DNA of 64,000 nt from the human T2T-CHM13v2.0 reference genome, Homo sapiens. The notes beneath the pieces were generated by a model that searched no databases, was not told where the DNA came from, and saw only the letters and a list, made by a program, of their open reading frames with translations. The position numbers were made by a program, and so were the translations under genes. Each line of letters opens with the position of its first letter. Within the stretch, counting starts at the first letter, position 1. Of this stretch, positions 12,251-33,113 are shown piece by piece. The stretch is taken from NCBI RefSeq assembly GCF_009914755.1, contig NC_060933.1; one strand, given 5' to 3'.

Positions 12251-13714
12251 AAACAGAGTATAAAATAATTTCTTTTTTAAAATAGTGGCTAAAGATTTGG
12301 GCCCACAAAATTTATCAGAGCATCACTGCAACCCTGGCCTGAGAAGGTATCTTAAAAGCTAAGTATCTAATAAGAAAGCACCTTTTAACTTTAATTATTC
12401 CACCCATTTGAATAGAATCCAGACAGTTTTGTTTCATATCACATGCTATTCCATATATGGAAAAATTCCCCTTATGTATTAAATGAAAAGAAAGCAAGCC
12501 AAAACCAGTGTCTACTTTACAAACCCAATTTTTAAAAATATATAATTATATTTAAGTATGTATGTATAAAAGAGAGCATACAACAGTTTGATGATTAAAA
12601 TATTCACAATTGTTTTATTTTTCATTATCATTTACAAAAACTCCAAAATTAAAAGCAATAATAATACTTAGCAGTAACAATTTGAAATTTTGTTCCATCA
12701 TAACTTGTCTTTCAATGTAACAATACATGAATTCTGATGCAGCCTAAGGTGTAAATATTGTTTTATTTCCTTGATAATTCAAAAACTGTTGCAGATCTTG
12801 AGTGCTATAGATTGTTCATTCTCAATAACATGATGTTTCCATATATAAAGCTAAAGAAGTAGATATAAAGCTCATATTTATTAGACAACTGCAAATTATG
12901 CCCTCTATCTCAAAGTAGGAAAACTTGACCAAATATTTAGGGCTAATATTTAAGTTATTCCAAATGCCAAGCTAGAAGTTGATAAAACTATGCATTTATC
13001 AATTTCCTTGTTACAGATCTGGCAAATTAATTACATGCCTCATCTATTGTGTATGAAGTAATACTCTTGTATTTTTTCTTAATGTGATGAAATATATACA
13101 TACATAAATTCATCTGACAAATATATATATCTCATCAGCTGAAGAAAAATATATACATGTAAATATATATACACACACAGACACATATATACACATACAC
13201 ACACATGATACAGATATATCATGTGAGAAGGGCTAAAGCATCAACTTATAGATGGCAGTTCATAAATATCCCTTTTCCAATATGTGTCCTTCATTCTCAA
13301 TAGCCAAATATATAAGATCATTCTGCTAAAATACAGTTTCTATTAAAGATATCAGCCCATTTAATTAAAAGTATTTCTGATATATAAAGCAAAAGTTCTC
13401 CCCCCAACAAGTGTCTAAAATTTTGGGTGTAGATGCAAACAGCAGAAAGATTTTGCTGTCTCAATAATATACCTTAGCCCATTTTTCTTCTTTTGAATCA
13501 ATGCCTAGCATGTTTATAGACTCATCTTGGTGCCATAGGCTGAGCACTTTTATACTTTTATACTCAAGCATGGTTCTAGCTCTCTATTAAAAAATACAGC
13601 TATGTCTTGTAATAAATATGGCACTAATTTTAATCTATCCTAAACAAAAATATATGCAAACTTTACCTCTCTTTGGATAATGTTCAGTCCATTGCAACAG
13701 TAAGAAAATATATT

Positions 13715-14450
13715 GTTTATCAAGTATTGGTAAGCATATAAAACAATAGGAACACTTAAGCAACCTAATTAATGTGGGAATTAGTGTTTAAAAAACAATT
13801 TGGGGAACAATTTGGCATTACACAGTAAAGGTGAACATGCATATACCTAGCAACCCAGAAATTCTGCTTCTGGCTACAGAAAGCCACAAACCCTGGAAAA
13901 ACCATCACATGTGCCCCAGGGACGTGTACAGGAATGTTCCTAGTGGTCATAGCTGCGTTGTTGTGAAACTAGAATCCTAGAAACAGCTCAAATGTTCAGC
14001 ATCTGTAAAATGAACAAATAAAGTGTGTTATATTCATTCGGTGAAATGTATACAATAGAATTTTAACAAGCTATTCAATGGAACTTTATATACTCATATA
14101 ATGGCTTCAGTAAAATGAATTAAATCAAACTACATGTCAGCATAGATAAATCTCAGAAGCATCATGTTGAGTGAAAAAAAAAGCAAATTGCAAAGTACAT
14201 ATTATATTTCCATTCTTCTGAAGGTCAGAAATCACACCTCAACAACATATTGTCTATGGCTGCCTACCTTTCTGGTGAACTGATAAAGAAAAGCAAATAA
14301 ATGAATACACAAAATTCTACACAATAGTTACTCAGAAGGGGAGAGAACGATTGAAGAAGCCTATGGAGGGTTTCAAAAGTACTGGGTGGTGTGTATATTG
14401 GTGTTAATTGTATAGTGGTATTCTCAAAACTATATGTTATATACACTTTA
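13715..14450 (+). mobile_element. L1ME-type 3' fragment
   Basis: acaatttggcatta..gaacatgcatatacc..gatgaatctcagaa-like and atgttgagtgaaaaaa motifs. Confidence 0.75.
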
Positions 14451-14457
14451 TGCTGAG

Positions 14458-14716
14458 CAGCGGTCCCCAGCCTTTTTGGCACGAGGGACTGATTTCGTGG
14501 AAGACAATTTTTTGCACAGACGGACAAGGTGGAGGGGAGTAGGATGGCGGGGAGTGGTTTCAGGATGAAACTGTTCAACTTGAAAGCATCAGGCTTTAGT
14601 TAGATTCTCATAAGAAGCACACAACCTAGATTCCTCCCATGAGGGATCCTAGATCCCCAGTTCCTAACAGACCATGGACCAATACCAGTCTGTGGCCCGG
14701 GGATAGGGAACACCTG
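14458..14716 (+). mobile_element. MER1B hAT-Charlie element with an internal deletion
   Basis: cagcggtccccagcctttttggcac..gtggaagacaattttt..ttagattctcataag..gtggcccgggg..cctg. Confidence 0.85.
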
Positions 14717-16159
14717 ATACAGTGAGTGTGTTTTGCAGTGACAAAAATTTGAAAAGTAAACATTGTTCTATCTGATATTGCTTTGAATAATCTAAGAAGG
14801 GAAAGATAAGAAATGTAGCTTTTCTCTGGCTTGCTAGGAATTAACACTATTCATAGGAGTAGAAGTTGTAAAAATACCTCATGAATTTAACATAAATTCT
14901 CAATTCACCTTTTTTTGAAAGGTCTTTGAATATCAGAAATTGGTCACATTTTCATGCTAAATATCCTCCCCTGGCTGAGTCCCCTGAAGTCTTTCCCTTA
15001 TTTCCAAGATCCCCAAGCCCCAGAGGCAGCTGCTTGAGTTGTAGCTTAACCTATATTTAGTAATAATGGTGTGGACTTTTATTTTAAACAATGTTTCTTT
15101 CAGTCTAAAACAACCCAACTGCAATCAAAATTGGCTTATAATTATATGAGGAAAATGTGATATGGCATTACTTTCATAGTTCTTGTGGGTTTATTAAATA
15201 ATAAATATCATACTTTATGTCTGTTGTTGTGATTCTGCCTTCCGAAGTCTTTTTACCATCAGGAAATGACTTCCCCAGAGAGCATATCTAATTCATACTT
15301 TTCTGTGTATTTTTTACCACTCTTGAAATCCTAAGAATGTATATTAAAGGTGCCCTTTTTCTAAAAGCCATGATCTTCATAGAGTTCATATATAATATAG
15401 ATGTGATCGATTTTATGAATTTATAAACACTTTATAGACTTAACTGTTAGAATTTTGAGTTTCATGTTAGAAGTTCTAAAAGCCATAATTTTAAAAACTT
15501 TTACACAAGATCAGTCTTTCTGTCGCATTAAAAAGTTATAGTAAATAAAGATAAAAATGCAGAAATAGCTTTTTCCTCTCTGGGTTGATATTAAGACATT
15601 ATTGTTTCTCTCAAGATTATTTTAGTGTCTTAATTATAGTAAATTAGAATAATTAGAGAGAAATTATGTGAACCCTACCATTCCCCCAAAGCCTTTATCC
15701 TGCCTTTTAGTCAGATAATGAATGTTAATATAAATAATTGATACATTCTGAGTGCTTCCAAGTCTTCACACCTGACATTTTTCTTTTAAATTTTACTCCT
15801 GATAGAAGGTGAATCATGTCAGGCATTATTTCTTTGGTCTAAAGAGTACTAATTAAGCTTGTGGTGAACATTCTTGCAAATAAAACAAAGCAATTCCATT
15901 ATAATAGAAAGGCATATGCATTTATTTTTATTTTTATAATCTTCATGGACTCAGATACATGCAAGTTCTGTTCAACAAATATAGCCAAAGAATTTTTTTT
16001 TCTGTTTGTTTTCATGAACATATTGTTTAATGCTTTTTTATAAAATGTGTTCGGTTACACTTTAGACATGAAGGTGTAGTCAGATAAAACAATTTGAAAC
16101 AGATTCCAGTGGGCAAAATATTACATGCGGACTGAATATTAATATTTAACACTTCCAAG

Positions 16160-16580
16160 GACATGAGGAGTGCATACCAGTGCCAGGGTCTGTGCTGGGC
16201 ACTGGCAGTTCAGCGGCGTTTTGTACATATATCACCATTGCCACTGTGAAGTTTGTAAGAAGTCACAATGTGATGCACCTTACCAAAAGGGAAATATGAT
16301 GCTATAGTAGGACGTGACAAAGGGACTGCTCTGGTCTGAAAAGCCCAAGGAGACCTTGCTGGGGAAGCTATAACTCAGGGAGGGACCGATAGAGACACAA
16401 GCTGAGGCTGTAGAAGAGACTTCCTCACGGAGGAAACAACATGGGCAAGCCTGTGGCGTAGACAGGTCATGTTTGGCTCCAGGGATGAAGAGAGCTCCAG
16501 GGTGGCTGGAATATAGAGTGAGGTGTGTGTAGGAGTGAGATTAGTCTGAAGAGGAAGCCAGGGGCCAGCAGGTACCTTTT
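16160..16580 (-). mobile_element. L2 LINE relic
   Basis: gtgccagggtctgtgctgggcactgg and other L2 3'-end-like motifs. Confidence 0.6.
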
Positions 16581-16829
16581 AGGGGAAAAAAAAATGTTCA
16601 TTCTTGAGGGAATTCAAAATTCTAATGAAAGCAAACTTGAAGCACATTTCTGCACCTAGCACACTTAGCTTTGGGGGGAAAAAACATTGGCAAATATCTT
16701 TCACATGATAACTTACCCACCAGTAGCACCCATCTTCTCTCCACATGCACATCCCAAGGTAATAACATAAGTGTTCAAATATGAGTTTGCTAATGTATGT
16801 GGCCATTGGCACTGGAAATTTGCATCAGC

Positions 16830-16985
16830 TGGGTAATCCTCAGTTTCCTAATCTGTAAATCTGATGTGAATGTATCTACCTCAGAGAGTTGTTGGAAAAA
16901 TTGAATGAGGTGATTAATGCAAAGGCCCCAGTCCATGGTGGATGACTGGCACAGAGTATATTATGCCCTCAATCAATTATTCTTC
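16830..16985 (+). mobile_element. MIR fragment
   Basis: cctcagtttcctaatctgtaaa..tacctcagagagttgttg. Confidence 0.7.
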
Positions 16986-17300
16986 CTCTTAGCCTCCCTC
17001 ACACTCTCTCATGGATGTGCAAGATGCCAGAAGTGTGTCGTGTGAGGCCATGGTCACTTACCTCTGATCTAGTCAGACACTAGCCCGGAGCAAACAACCA
17101 GCCCTTTCTACTGTCCTTGTCTCTTCTTAAAGCATTTAAAGCATTGGATGGTTCATGCTATTGGCATGAGAAGATATCATTTTCTTCCATCCAGCAATTG
17201 AATCCACATCCCACATCTGTTATCAGCAAAGAAAAATGTAGTAAAAATACAAAGTAAATAATTCAGCTTCTTCTTTTGGTTCTGATTTTGATTGCATAAT

Positions 17301-17413
17301 TAGAATGACCACATAATTTGTCATTCAAGTAAGGACACTTTTGAGAGTAAAAAGGGAACACTATAAATAATTATTCCAAGACAATAGGGGAAAACTTAAA
17401 TATATGGTCCTGC
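17301..17413 (+). mobile_element. MER94-like hAT-Blackjack MITE
   Basis: tgaccacataatttgtc..ggacacttttgagagtaaaaggg..tatggtc. Confidence 0.65.
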
Positions 17414-17889
17414 TCATTATAATACACATCACAGATATAAAAAGGAAATGATTGTAAGACACACCTGTACCAATCAATTGTGGCCAAGAGAGGAGAGAAG
17501 TGAGTATTAAAATGCCAGTGAGTTAATGCTTTCCAAATTTTCCTGTAGCTATCATTAATAATTAGAAAAAAGTTAAAGAATATCATAGGTATGTAAATCT
17601 AAAACTAATTTATACTATGGTCTTATATTTTTATTAGTCTGATCTAAAAGAATACATTTTACCTTACAACTTCAAATTGATATTAGTAACAACTGTAAGT
17701 TCTGTGAGTTGTTAGGTCCTACTAACAGATGTTAGTGAATGTTGTTGTGATTGCTGCCCTTTTAACAGTATTTTTTTTTAAAGAATGCTCGTATCATATT
17801 CATCTGTAGGATATTTATTTCTATAAAATATATACTGAATTTTGGCATTCCATGCTCTTTTTAAATGACGGTGTTAAATGCCAGTTTCT

Positions 17890-18230
17890 TCATTCAACAA
17901 ATATTTATTGGGCAATATCAGGAGAACTGTGTTAAGTGTTGAATGAGCAAAACACTCAAGACTATGCCCTCGGTAAAACTCTGACTTCTTGTGGCACACA
18001 GAGAAGTGGCTGATTTATTGCAGTGCAGTTTGATAACAACTGTGATGGTGAAGTATGAGAGCTCTGAGAATGTATTTGCAGAGTGTCCCTAAGGAGCCAC
18101 ACCATCATCAGGGCAATATGATAACTATCCTCTGACTAAAAACATGAGTAAGATTTAGCTTTGCAAAATGGAGTGGACAAAAATGATGCTACGAGCAGAT
18201 GGGGTAGCATGTCCACAGGTGTAGAGAGGG
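17890..18230 (-). mobile_element. L2 relic (3' end)
   Basis: cattcaacaaatatttattg, the L2 terminal signature. Confidence 0.65.
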
Positions 18231-19134
18231 CACGGGATGCTACAGGATCCAATAAGGGAAGAAAGCATCAGGTTCTGGAGGATGCTGGGATTAGGTGCTG
18301 TTTTTCATCTGGAAGAAGGAGGACCCTGAGCCCTCCAGCTTCTGGTCCAGATACCCTGATGTCAGCATTCCAAAGTTTGGGAAGACAATCCTATTCTTTG
18401 TGTTGTGGCTCTAAAACTCTACAATAAAAATGGCACATTTTAAAGGAAATGGAGAAACGTTACCTAAAGTATTAGGGAAATTTTTTAAAGGTATAATTAA
18501 AACATCAATCAAAGACAAATTGGAAAGCATCTGGAGAGAAACGGTCTGATTTAATTGGTAATGTTCAGGTTGAATTAATTAATGAAAACAGAGCTTGTCT
18601 AAAAGCCTAGAACTGTATGACTGTGAGAAGTGTTTACCTTCTAAATATTTTGTCTGCTATAAAACAATGTTTTTAAGGCATAATGCTTTGCTATATGTCT
18701 GAATAAACAAAGGTTAATTTGTTCCCTATACACATTGTATTTAACAGAATAAATGTAATACTAAAACACGAAAAACTTCTTCTGTAATTATCCTTGTCTC
18801 TCACAAGAATTCAAGTAGATTCTCATGGATAAACAGCATTGACTAAATTTCACAAGATAATTGGCATGGGATAGGCCCAAACTAGTCAGTATCTCCTGGC
18901 CTCTTCCAAGTCTCATTTTTCTTATCAATAAAATGAAAAATTTAAACTTAATGATATTTACCTTTCTTCTACCTTCAGAATTCTAAACCATAGGAGTTAA
19001 ATGGAGAAGAAACAGAATGAAACTTTTTTATTACAAATAAATTTGAATTAAAACCCTAAATGAACAGATAACAAGATACAACCAGTAATTTTACTTTCTG
19101 ATTCATGTTTGTATCAAATTTATTAGTTTATGTA

Positions 19135-19750
19135 ACTAACATCTATTGAACACTTGCTATATGCCAGTCACTGTCTTAGATAGTAGAAATATAATGAAAA
19201 CCAAAATAATTATATTCCTATGCCTCATGAAGTTTGTAGTGTACAGGGATAGATATATTTGAAATAAATAAACACAGGAATGCACAGATTATGTGTTATA
19301 ATGGAAAAGTAAAGGGTTTGGAGAGACCTGATTTAGACTGGATGAGAAGAAAAGGTGGGGGAGGTAGATGGCCCCAGGACTGAGCACATTCCCTGGGACA
19401 AGAAAGAACAGGGAGCTTATCAGAAACTGGAAGAAGTTTGCTGTGGCTGGAGCTGCATGAGAAGGGGAGAGCACTGTGAGATGAGGCTGGGGAAGTTGGC
19501 AGGGACCACATCCCACAGACCTGTGCATTTGCCCTCCTCTATGCAATGAGACTTTGCTCAAGAGTATTAAGCAAGGGAATTCCATGATGATCTTTTGCAT
19601 TAAAATAATCACTTAGGGTCTGGAGTGAAGAAAGGGTTGGTGAGGGGTAAAGCAGAAATAAGCAGAATCTTTAGAAGACTCTTCCAAGATTTAGGTGGGA
19701 GCTTACAGTGACTAGTCAGGAAGGTTGGCAGTACGGATGAGGGAAAGCGG
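19135..19750 (-). mobile_element. L2 relic
   Basis: tattgaacacttgctatatgccagtcactgt..tgcctcatgaagttt..ttaagcaaggga. Confidence 0.75.
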
Positions 19751-20460
19751 GAGCCTTGAAATCAGTCATAGCAAAAGGGATGCTAAGACAATTGCTTAAA
19801 TAAAATGATCTTCAGTAGTCTTTGTGGTCTTAAAAAAATGAGATTGTCTCTCTCATCTTTCTTTCCTATTTTTAAAGGCTTTCCAAGAAAAGTAGAAATT
19901 GCCTTTGCATTTTTCCCCTAGACAGAGAAAAGCAGTGATGCACACACTTTACCGAGTCTCTCAATCTCTCTTTCTCTCTTTTGGTCCCTTCAGAGATGAA
20001 TAGACGAGCATTATAGCTTCTCATAATTACAAAATACCAAAAGACTATTTTCATCTGCTACAAAACATCTTCACAGACTTATATTAAAAACTATTGGTAT
20101 TTACATTTGCAAGGAATAAAAATTCTTTATGTCTCTGCAGTATTTTTAACCATAACACTTTAGTGGATTCTCTTAGTAAAATATCTGATGCCATTTATTT
20201 TTTAATTTTACTAGCATTGATGGGTAATCACTAACTGTCTGTTGGTGAGATTGCCAAAGACCTTCACTTAGAAATCAATCACTCCACCACAGGGCTGTGA
20301 AGACACAACACACGGCCTACTGTTTCTGGAAAAAGCTTTAGGCATTCCTTGCATTTTCCCACCCGATATATACAGGGGAAATATTTTGCCAGATTACTAC
20401 CCAAAAATTAGCTTAAACATGCATATGTTCAATCCATCTTAACTGTGAGAATACCTTGTG

Positions 20461-20738
<278 letters not shown>

Positions 20739-21154
20739 CCCTTATATTTAAAACCATAAAAGAAACTAAGCAGTCACTAAGCAGTTCTGTTCTCAGTTTG
20801 GAATAAAGACTGTCATTCCATATATTTCACAGATATCTAAATCTAGGCCTGTAACCACTTCTGACATTTTACTATCTCAAGGTTCATTATGTCTAGATTG
20901 TTTTTCTTCAAATAATCTCTCTACCCTGATTTATACTGTGCATAGATGGTTAATCTTCCGATTTTTAATTGCAATGTGACTATATATTTTAATCTAATTT
21001 ATTGCCTCACATTCAAAGACATTTCATATATTTTATTTAAAGGTAAGACTGGAGGCAGCTAATATTTCCATTATGAATCTTCAGTTTAGATTTGACCTTT
21101 CCTTTGATAATATTAAAGATAAATTATGTCACACTGTTATCTAGAATCTAATGA

Positions 21155-22551
21155 GTTTTTTAAATGTTTTATCGAAGTTAAAGAGATTTACAAACTGAAC
21201 ACATCCATGTAATCACTATCGAGATCAAAACACAGAATACACCAGCACCCAAGAAGCCCACTCTCTCCGGCATCCAGGTCATTAGCAGTTCCACCAGAAG
21301 TAACCATTATCCATCATCATAGGTAAATTTTGTACATTTTTGAACTCTAGAATTGTGCAATATATATTTATTGGCTTTCATCCATCAATATTAAGCTCGT
21401 AAGCTTCAATTCTTTTGTTATATGTGGCAGTTAGCTCATTTATTCTTAGTCCCGTAGGTTATTTTATTGTATGAGTATACCAACAGTTATTTATCTCTGT
21501 AACTGTGAAATGACTTTCAGGTGTTTCCAGTTTGAAGCTATTAACAAATGCTGTTATGAAGATTCGTGTAAATCTTTTTGGTGCACATGTGTATGCATTT
21601 GTTCCTCTTGGTTATCTATCTAGGAGTGAAATTGTTGGATCAAATGGAAAGAGTATTCAGTTTTATTACATAATGTTATGCAAAGTGGCTCTACCATTTT
21701 AAACTCCCTAGCAGCAGTGTATGAGAGCTCCAGTAGCTCCACATCCTCATCAACTTTTAATATTATCAGTCTTTCATTTTAGCCATTCTGGTTAATGTAT
21801 TATAGAATCTCATTTCAACATTGAAGTCTTAACTTCCATTTCCCTGAAAAGCAATAAGGTGGAGCACATTATTGTTTGTTTGTTGACTATTTGGATATCT
21901 TTTTGTATATATTTGAGACAGTTTGGGTTGTCTATCTTTCTTTCCCTTTGAGTTGTAGGAGTTCTTTATATATTCTGGATACAAGACTTTTGTCAGATAT
22001 ATGTACTACAGATGTCTTCTCCCAGTCTGTGATTTTTCACTTTCTTAATATAACACTTGGATGAACAACAATACTTAATTTAATGAAGTCTGATATTTGA
22101 AGCTTTCATTTATAATTAGTGCTTTTATATCTTGTTTTTTTTTAAAACCCACCTACTGCAAGGTTACATTCTTCTGTTCTACTTGTAACATTTAGACTTA
22201 CAATCCAATGTATTAGAAATTGATTTTTATTTATATTACAAAGCAGGGATCAGGAATCATTTTTTCCTCACATGGATATTCAAATACCAAGCACCATTGA
22301 TTGAAAAGCCATCCTTTTTCTACCAAACTGCAGCATCATTTTTGTCATAAAATCAAGTGATCATATATGTCTGAATCTATTTCTAGACTCTATCCTTTTG
22401 GTCCCTCTATCTTTGTCTAATAGTATACTGCCTTAATTGCTGCAGCTTTACAATGTTTGGTTTCTGATAGTGTAAGTCTTCCAGGTTTCTGCTTCTTTCA
22501 AGATTTGGCTATATTTTAGCTTTCTGAGAAGCTGATCCTGAAGTTCATATG
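21155..22551 (-). mobile_element. L1ME/L1MD-type 3' fragment
   Basis: Antisense L1 3'UTR and ORF2 end (gtttccagtttg..gctgttatgaa, tatattctggatac, gcaccattgattgaaaag). Confidence 0.8.
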
Positions 22552-22565
22552 AAAGTAAAATTTAC

Positions 22566-24168
<1,603 letters not shown>

Positions 24169-24185
24169 AAAGTAAAATTTACAAC

Positions 24186-24328
24186 CATATGTGGTAACTC
24201 ACACTCATAATGCCAGCACTTTGGGAGGCCAAGTGAGAGGATTCATGAAGTCAGGAGTTCAAGGTTGCAGTGAGCTATGCACCATTGCCTTCCAGCCCAG
24301 GCAATGGATAGAGACTCTTAAAAAAAAA
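24186..24328 (+). mobile_element. Alu monomer (FRAM/FAM-like)
   Basis: cagcactttgggaggcc..ggagttcaaggttgcagtgagctatg..A tail. Confidence 0.7.
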
Positions 24329-24329
24329 T

Positions 24330-24715
24330 TACCTACAAACGTTACATTTAATGGTGAAATATTGAAAACTTTCCCCTTAAGATCAGGAAATAGTCAAAGA
24401 TACCTGCCTACAATACTCTTTCACATTGCGCTAGCAGCAAGAAAAATAAATACAGAATAAATTAAGTTCAAAAAGGGAAAAAACAAATAAAACTGCTGTG
24501 ATTTTCAAATGGCATGATTTTACACCTAGAAAATCTTTCTTAAAACTATAGATAAAGTAGGCCAGGCACAGTGGCTTACTTCTATAATCCCAGCACTTTG
24601 GAGGATTGCTTGAGATCAGGAGTTTAAGACCAGCCTGGGCAGTACAGTGAGACATGGTCCTACAGAAAAATAAAAAATGTAGACAAACTATTAAACTCGT
24701 TAAAAATATTTTAAA
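24330..24715 (+). mobile_element. L1M ORF2 RT fragment interrupted by a FLAM
   Basis: Translates to NGEILKTFPLRSG, an RT-like motif. Confidence 0.65.
24560..24677 (+). mobile_element. Alu left monomer (FLAM-like)
   Basis: ggccaggcacagtggct..gaccagcctgggc..A tail; degenerate TSD tagataaagta/tagacaaacta. Confidence 0.8.
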
Positions 24716-24719
24716 TTTA

Positions 24720-25780
24720 CATGATGACTTTCTTCTCTTCCCATAAGTTATATTGAATGATATTGCTTAATTCCAAAACATCTGGGAATTTTATATTTTT
24801 CTTTTTGTTATCACATTCTATCTTTAATTCCACTGTGGTCAGAAAACATCCTTGACATAATTTCTAGTTATTCAAAATGTGTTGTGACTTGCTTTATGAA
24901 CCAGTATATAGTTTAATTTTAGTAAATTTTCCATGTGCACTTCAAAAGACTGACTTTGGGAGTTGTATCTGACATGAACTAGCCTTCATGTATTTCAGTT
25001 CCTCACAATTGTTAATCATTTTGTTCAAGCCTTCTTTACTAAATTTTGCCTATTCGTTCCACCCATTACTAAGAGACATAGGTTATATAGCCTTCCTCTA
25101 TGATTGTGAATTTTTCCATTTCACTTTGTCTGTTAGTGTTTGTTTATACATCATAAAGCCATATAATTAGGTGAAAACAAATTTAGAGTTTTACATCTTT
25201 CAGGTGAAATGACCCATATGCAATGAATCTGTTTATTTTGTGTAATGTACCTTGCCTTTAATTCTATTGAATGATATTATATTAATCTGGCCTCACCAGC
25301 TTTTTGTTTTGTTTTGGTTTGGTTGGAGTGGGGAAAATAAAAGCAGGCAGAATTTGCGTTGTATATCAGGTTCTCCAACCTTTTAACTCCAACTTGTACT
25401 ACTTGCTCACATTTAAGTTATGTGTCTTCTAAGAAGAATTATAGGTATGTTTTTCCTTTTTATCCACTGATAATCTTGGCCTTTAAATTGGAATATTTAG
25501 TCTTCTTCATTTAATGTTAGTATCAATGTCTTTTAATTGAAATCTACCATGTTATATTTCTTTTAGAGGTTCTTTGCTTCTTTTTTCTCTTTTCTTGTCT
25601 TTTTTGAAAATAATCAAGTATTTTTATATTTTGGTCTCCTCCTTTATTAGCTTGTTTATTTATTATTTTTAATGATATCTTTGGGATTAAAACAAGTTTC
25701 TTTGACTTATTATGGTCTAATATATATTAGTACTTATCTCACTTGCCTGACAAACTTATGACCTTAGAACACTAAATTTC
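24720..25780 (-). mobile_element. Ancient L1M antisense fragment (5' ORF2 region)
   Basis: ttaattccactgtggtcagaaaaca, tccatgtgcacttcaaaaga; T-rich strand. Confidence 0.65.
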
Positions 25781-25786
25781 TGTGGG

Positions 25787-26087
25787 TTTTTTTTTTTTTT
25801 TTTTTTGAGATGGAGTCTCGCTCTATCGCCCGGGCTGGAGTGCCCTGGCATGATCTCGGCTCACTGCAAGCTCCGCCTCCCGGGTTCACGCCATTCTCCT
25901 GCCTCAGCCTTCTGAGTAGCTGGGACTGCAGGGGCCTGCCACCACTCCCGGATAACTTTTTGTATTTTTAGTAGAGACGGGGTTTCACCGTGTTAGCCAG
26001 GATGGTCTCAATCTCCTGACCTTGTAATCCTCCCGCCTCACCCTCTCAAAGTGCTGGAATTGCAGGCGTGAGCCACCGCGCCCAGCC
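25787..26087 (-). mobile_element. AluY
   Basis: gcaagctccgcctcccgggttcacgccattc and gttagccaggatggtc diagnostics; TSD aat(t/c)tctgtg. Confidence 0.95.
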
Positions 26088-26144
26088 AATCTCTGTGTCT
26101 TGAGTTATTATTGCCATGAATTTTAATTATATAATTAACGTGTG

Positions 26145-26505
26145 CGTAGTAGTCCGTTTTCAAGCTCCTGATAAAGACATACCTAAGACTGGGTAATTTA
26201 TAAAGAAAAAGAGGTTTAATGGACTCACAGTTCCACGTGGCTGGGGAGGCCTCACATCATAGTGGAAGGTGAAAGGCATATCTTACATGGCAGCAGGCAA
26301 GAGAGAAAATAAGAGCTAAGCAACAGGGGAAACCCTTCATAAAATCATCAGGCCTCGTGAGACTTATTCACTACCATGAGAACAATATGGGTGAAACTTG
26401 CCTCTATTATTCGATTATCTCCCACCAGGTTCCTCCCACAGCACGTGGGAATTATGGCTACAATGCAAGATGATATTTGGGTGGGGTCACAGACAAACTA
26501 TATCA
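26145..26505 (-). mobile_element. THE1 (THE1B/C-like) MaLR solo LTR
   Basis: ctgataaagacatacc..ggactcacagttccacgtggctggggaggcctcac..aaactatatca. Confidence 0.9.
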
Positions 26506-27284
26506 CTATGTTTTATATATTTAATTACATGTTTAACATAAATATTTAATGCAACATGACACTACTTTTATTATTCTGCACAGATAATGCTCATTTAAAT
26601 TTAGCTATATCCCTGCCCCTGGGCTCTTCATGGATTTCTGTTCTTTGGCAGCTACTGAATTCTACTTTTCATCTCCCCAGGACAAGACCCTTGAAGGCTC
26701 TACCTAGTGTCTCAACCTCTTACCTGAGCCTTTACCTTGGCTTTACCCTAGGAATGGGTCACATACTAACCAGCAATTCCTCAAGGTGAAAAGCAGTGCT
26801 GAGGGTGGACTGGCTTCTCAGTGCTTCCCTTCTCTCTGGAATCTCAATTTCATTGCCATGGGAGCCATGGTCTCTCACTTGGCCTCCCCAGTCCTGTGAG
26901 ACCAGCAAAAATTCTGCTTAGCCACCATTTCTTGCGTGGTTTCATGCTGGGAATCTCTGCCTTTTTAAATCAGTTTAATCGTGTTTCCCTCAAAGGGAGA
27001 TTGGAGAGGCTGCAAGCTACTCCATCATATTGGAAAGTGATAATCTCCCTGATTTCTCGTAATTACAAGTTTTCAATAAAATGCTTCTGTTTTCTTGTGG
27101 GAGGCGGGATAGGTTTGAGAGGCAGAGTTAGCAAGTATTTTCCCCCAAATATGTAATACGTAATTTTATACTAACTTTTTGTTACAAAGATTTAGTTAAT
27201 TTGATCGTGGACCGTTTATTCGCTGCCTCTTTATATTTGTAATTATTTGAGTAGAAAGGGTTTTATTTTTCACATCATGCAGCT

Positions 27285-27420
27285 TATTCTGGTCTATTTA
27301 CAGAAGAAGAACATGAAGCCTACACAAGTTAAGGAATTTTGTCTGTCGTATAATAACTTATTGGAAGCCCCAGGACTGAAACATGGGTCTAGAGATTTCT
27401 AGCAAGTATACTTTTCAGTT
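27285..27420 (-). mobile_element. MIR fragment
   Basis: atttacagaagaagaacatgaagc..gttaagga. Confidence 0.5.
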
Positions 27421-27908
27421 GTTTCAGAGGTTTCTTAGCCAGAGTCGGGTATACTTCTTTCTTCTTTCAAGAAGACAATGAGTAAAATGCTCATAATTTC
27501 TGCAAACATATATCAGACACATGGATTATTGATTTGATCACTCTCACTTGCCATTAAAGTTAACATTAAATTTTAATTAGATATTATCCACATCAGTTTC
27601 TCATGTTTTTGCTGGCTTTTTTTTTTTTTGGAATTTTGAAATATATCTAAGCAGACCAGAAACCATTCTTATATCAAGAGACAGCCTAAAGAGTGGTTCT
27701 TCCTTAGCTAAGTTCCTTGTACATGACCTGATCATTGGTTCTCTCTTTTATGCTTTGATTGACAATAATATTATCAAAAGAAAACTTTTCCTTTTCAATG
27801 GAGAGGCTTACAATATTTTTCTTCTATTCTTTAATAGAAACATTGCAAGGAAACAGCATGCATAATTATTGGGAAACATAATATTTAAGAAGCTTTAAAA
27901 TATAACAT

Positions 27909-32724
<4,816 letters not shown>

Positions 32725-32800
32725 TGTGTATATAACCCGCTTTGGCTATCTTCTTCGTTTTAACTTCCATAAAATATTTCTTGGGAATGAAATACTCTAA

Positions 32801-33113
<313 letters not shown>

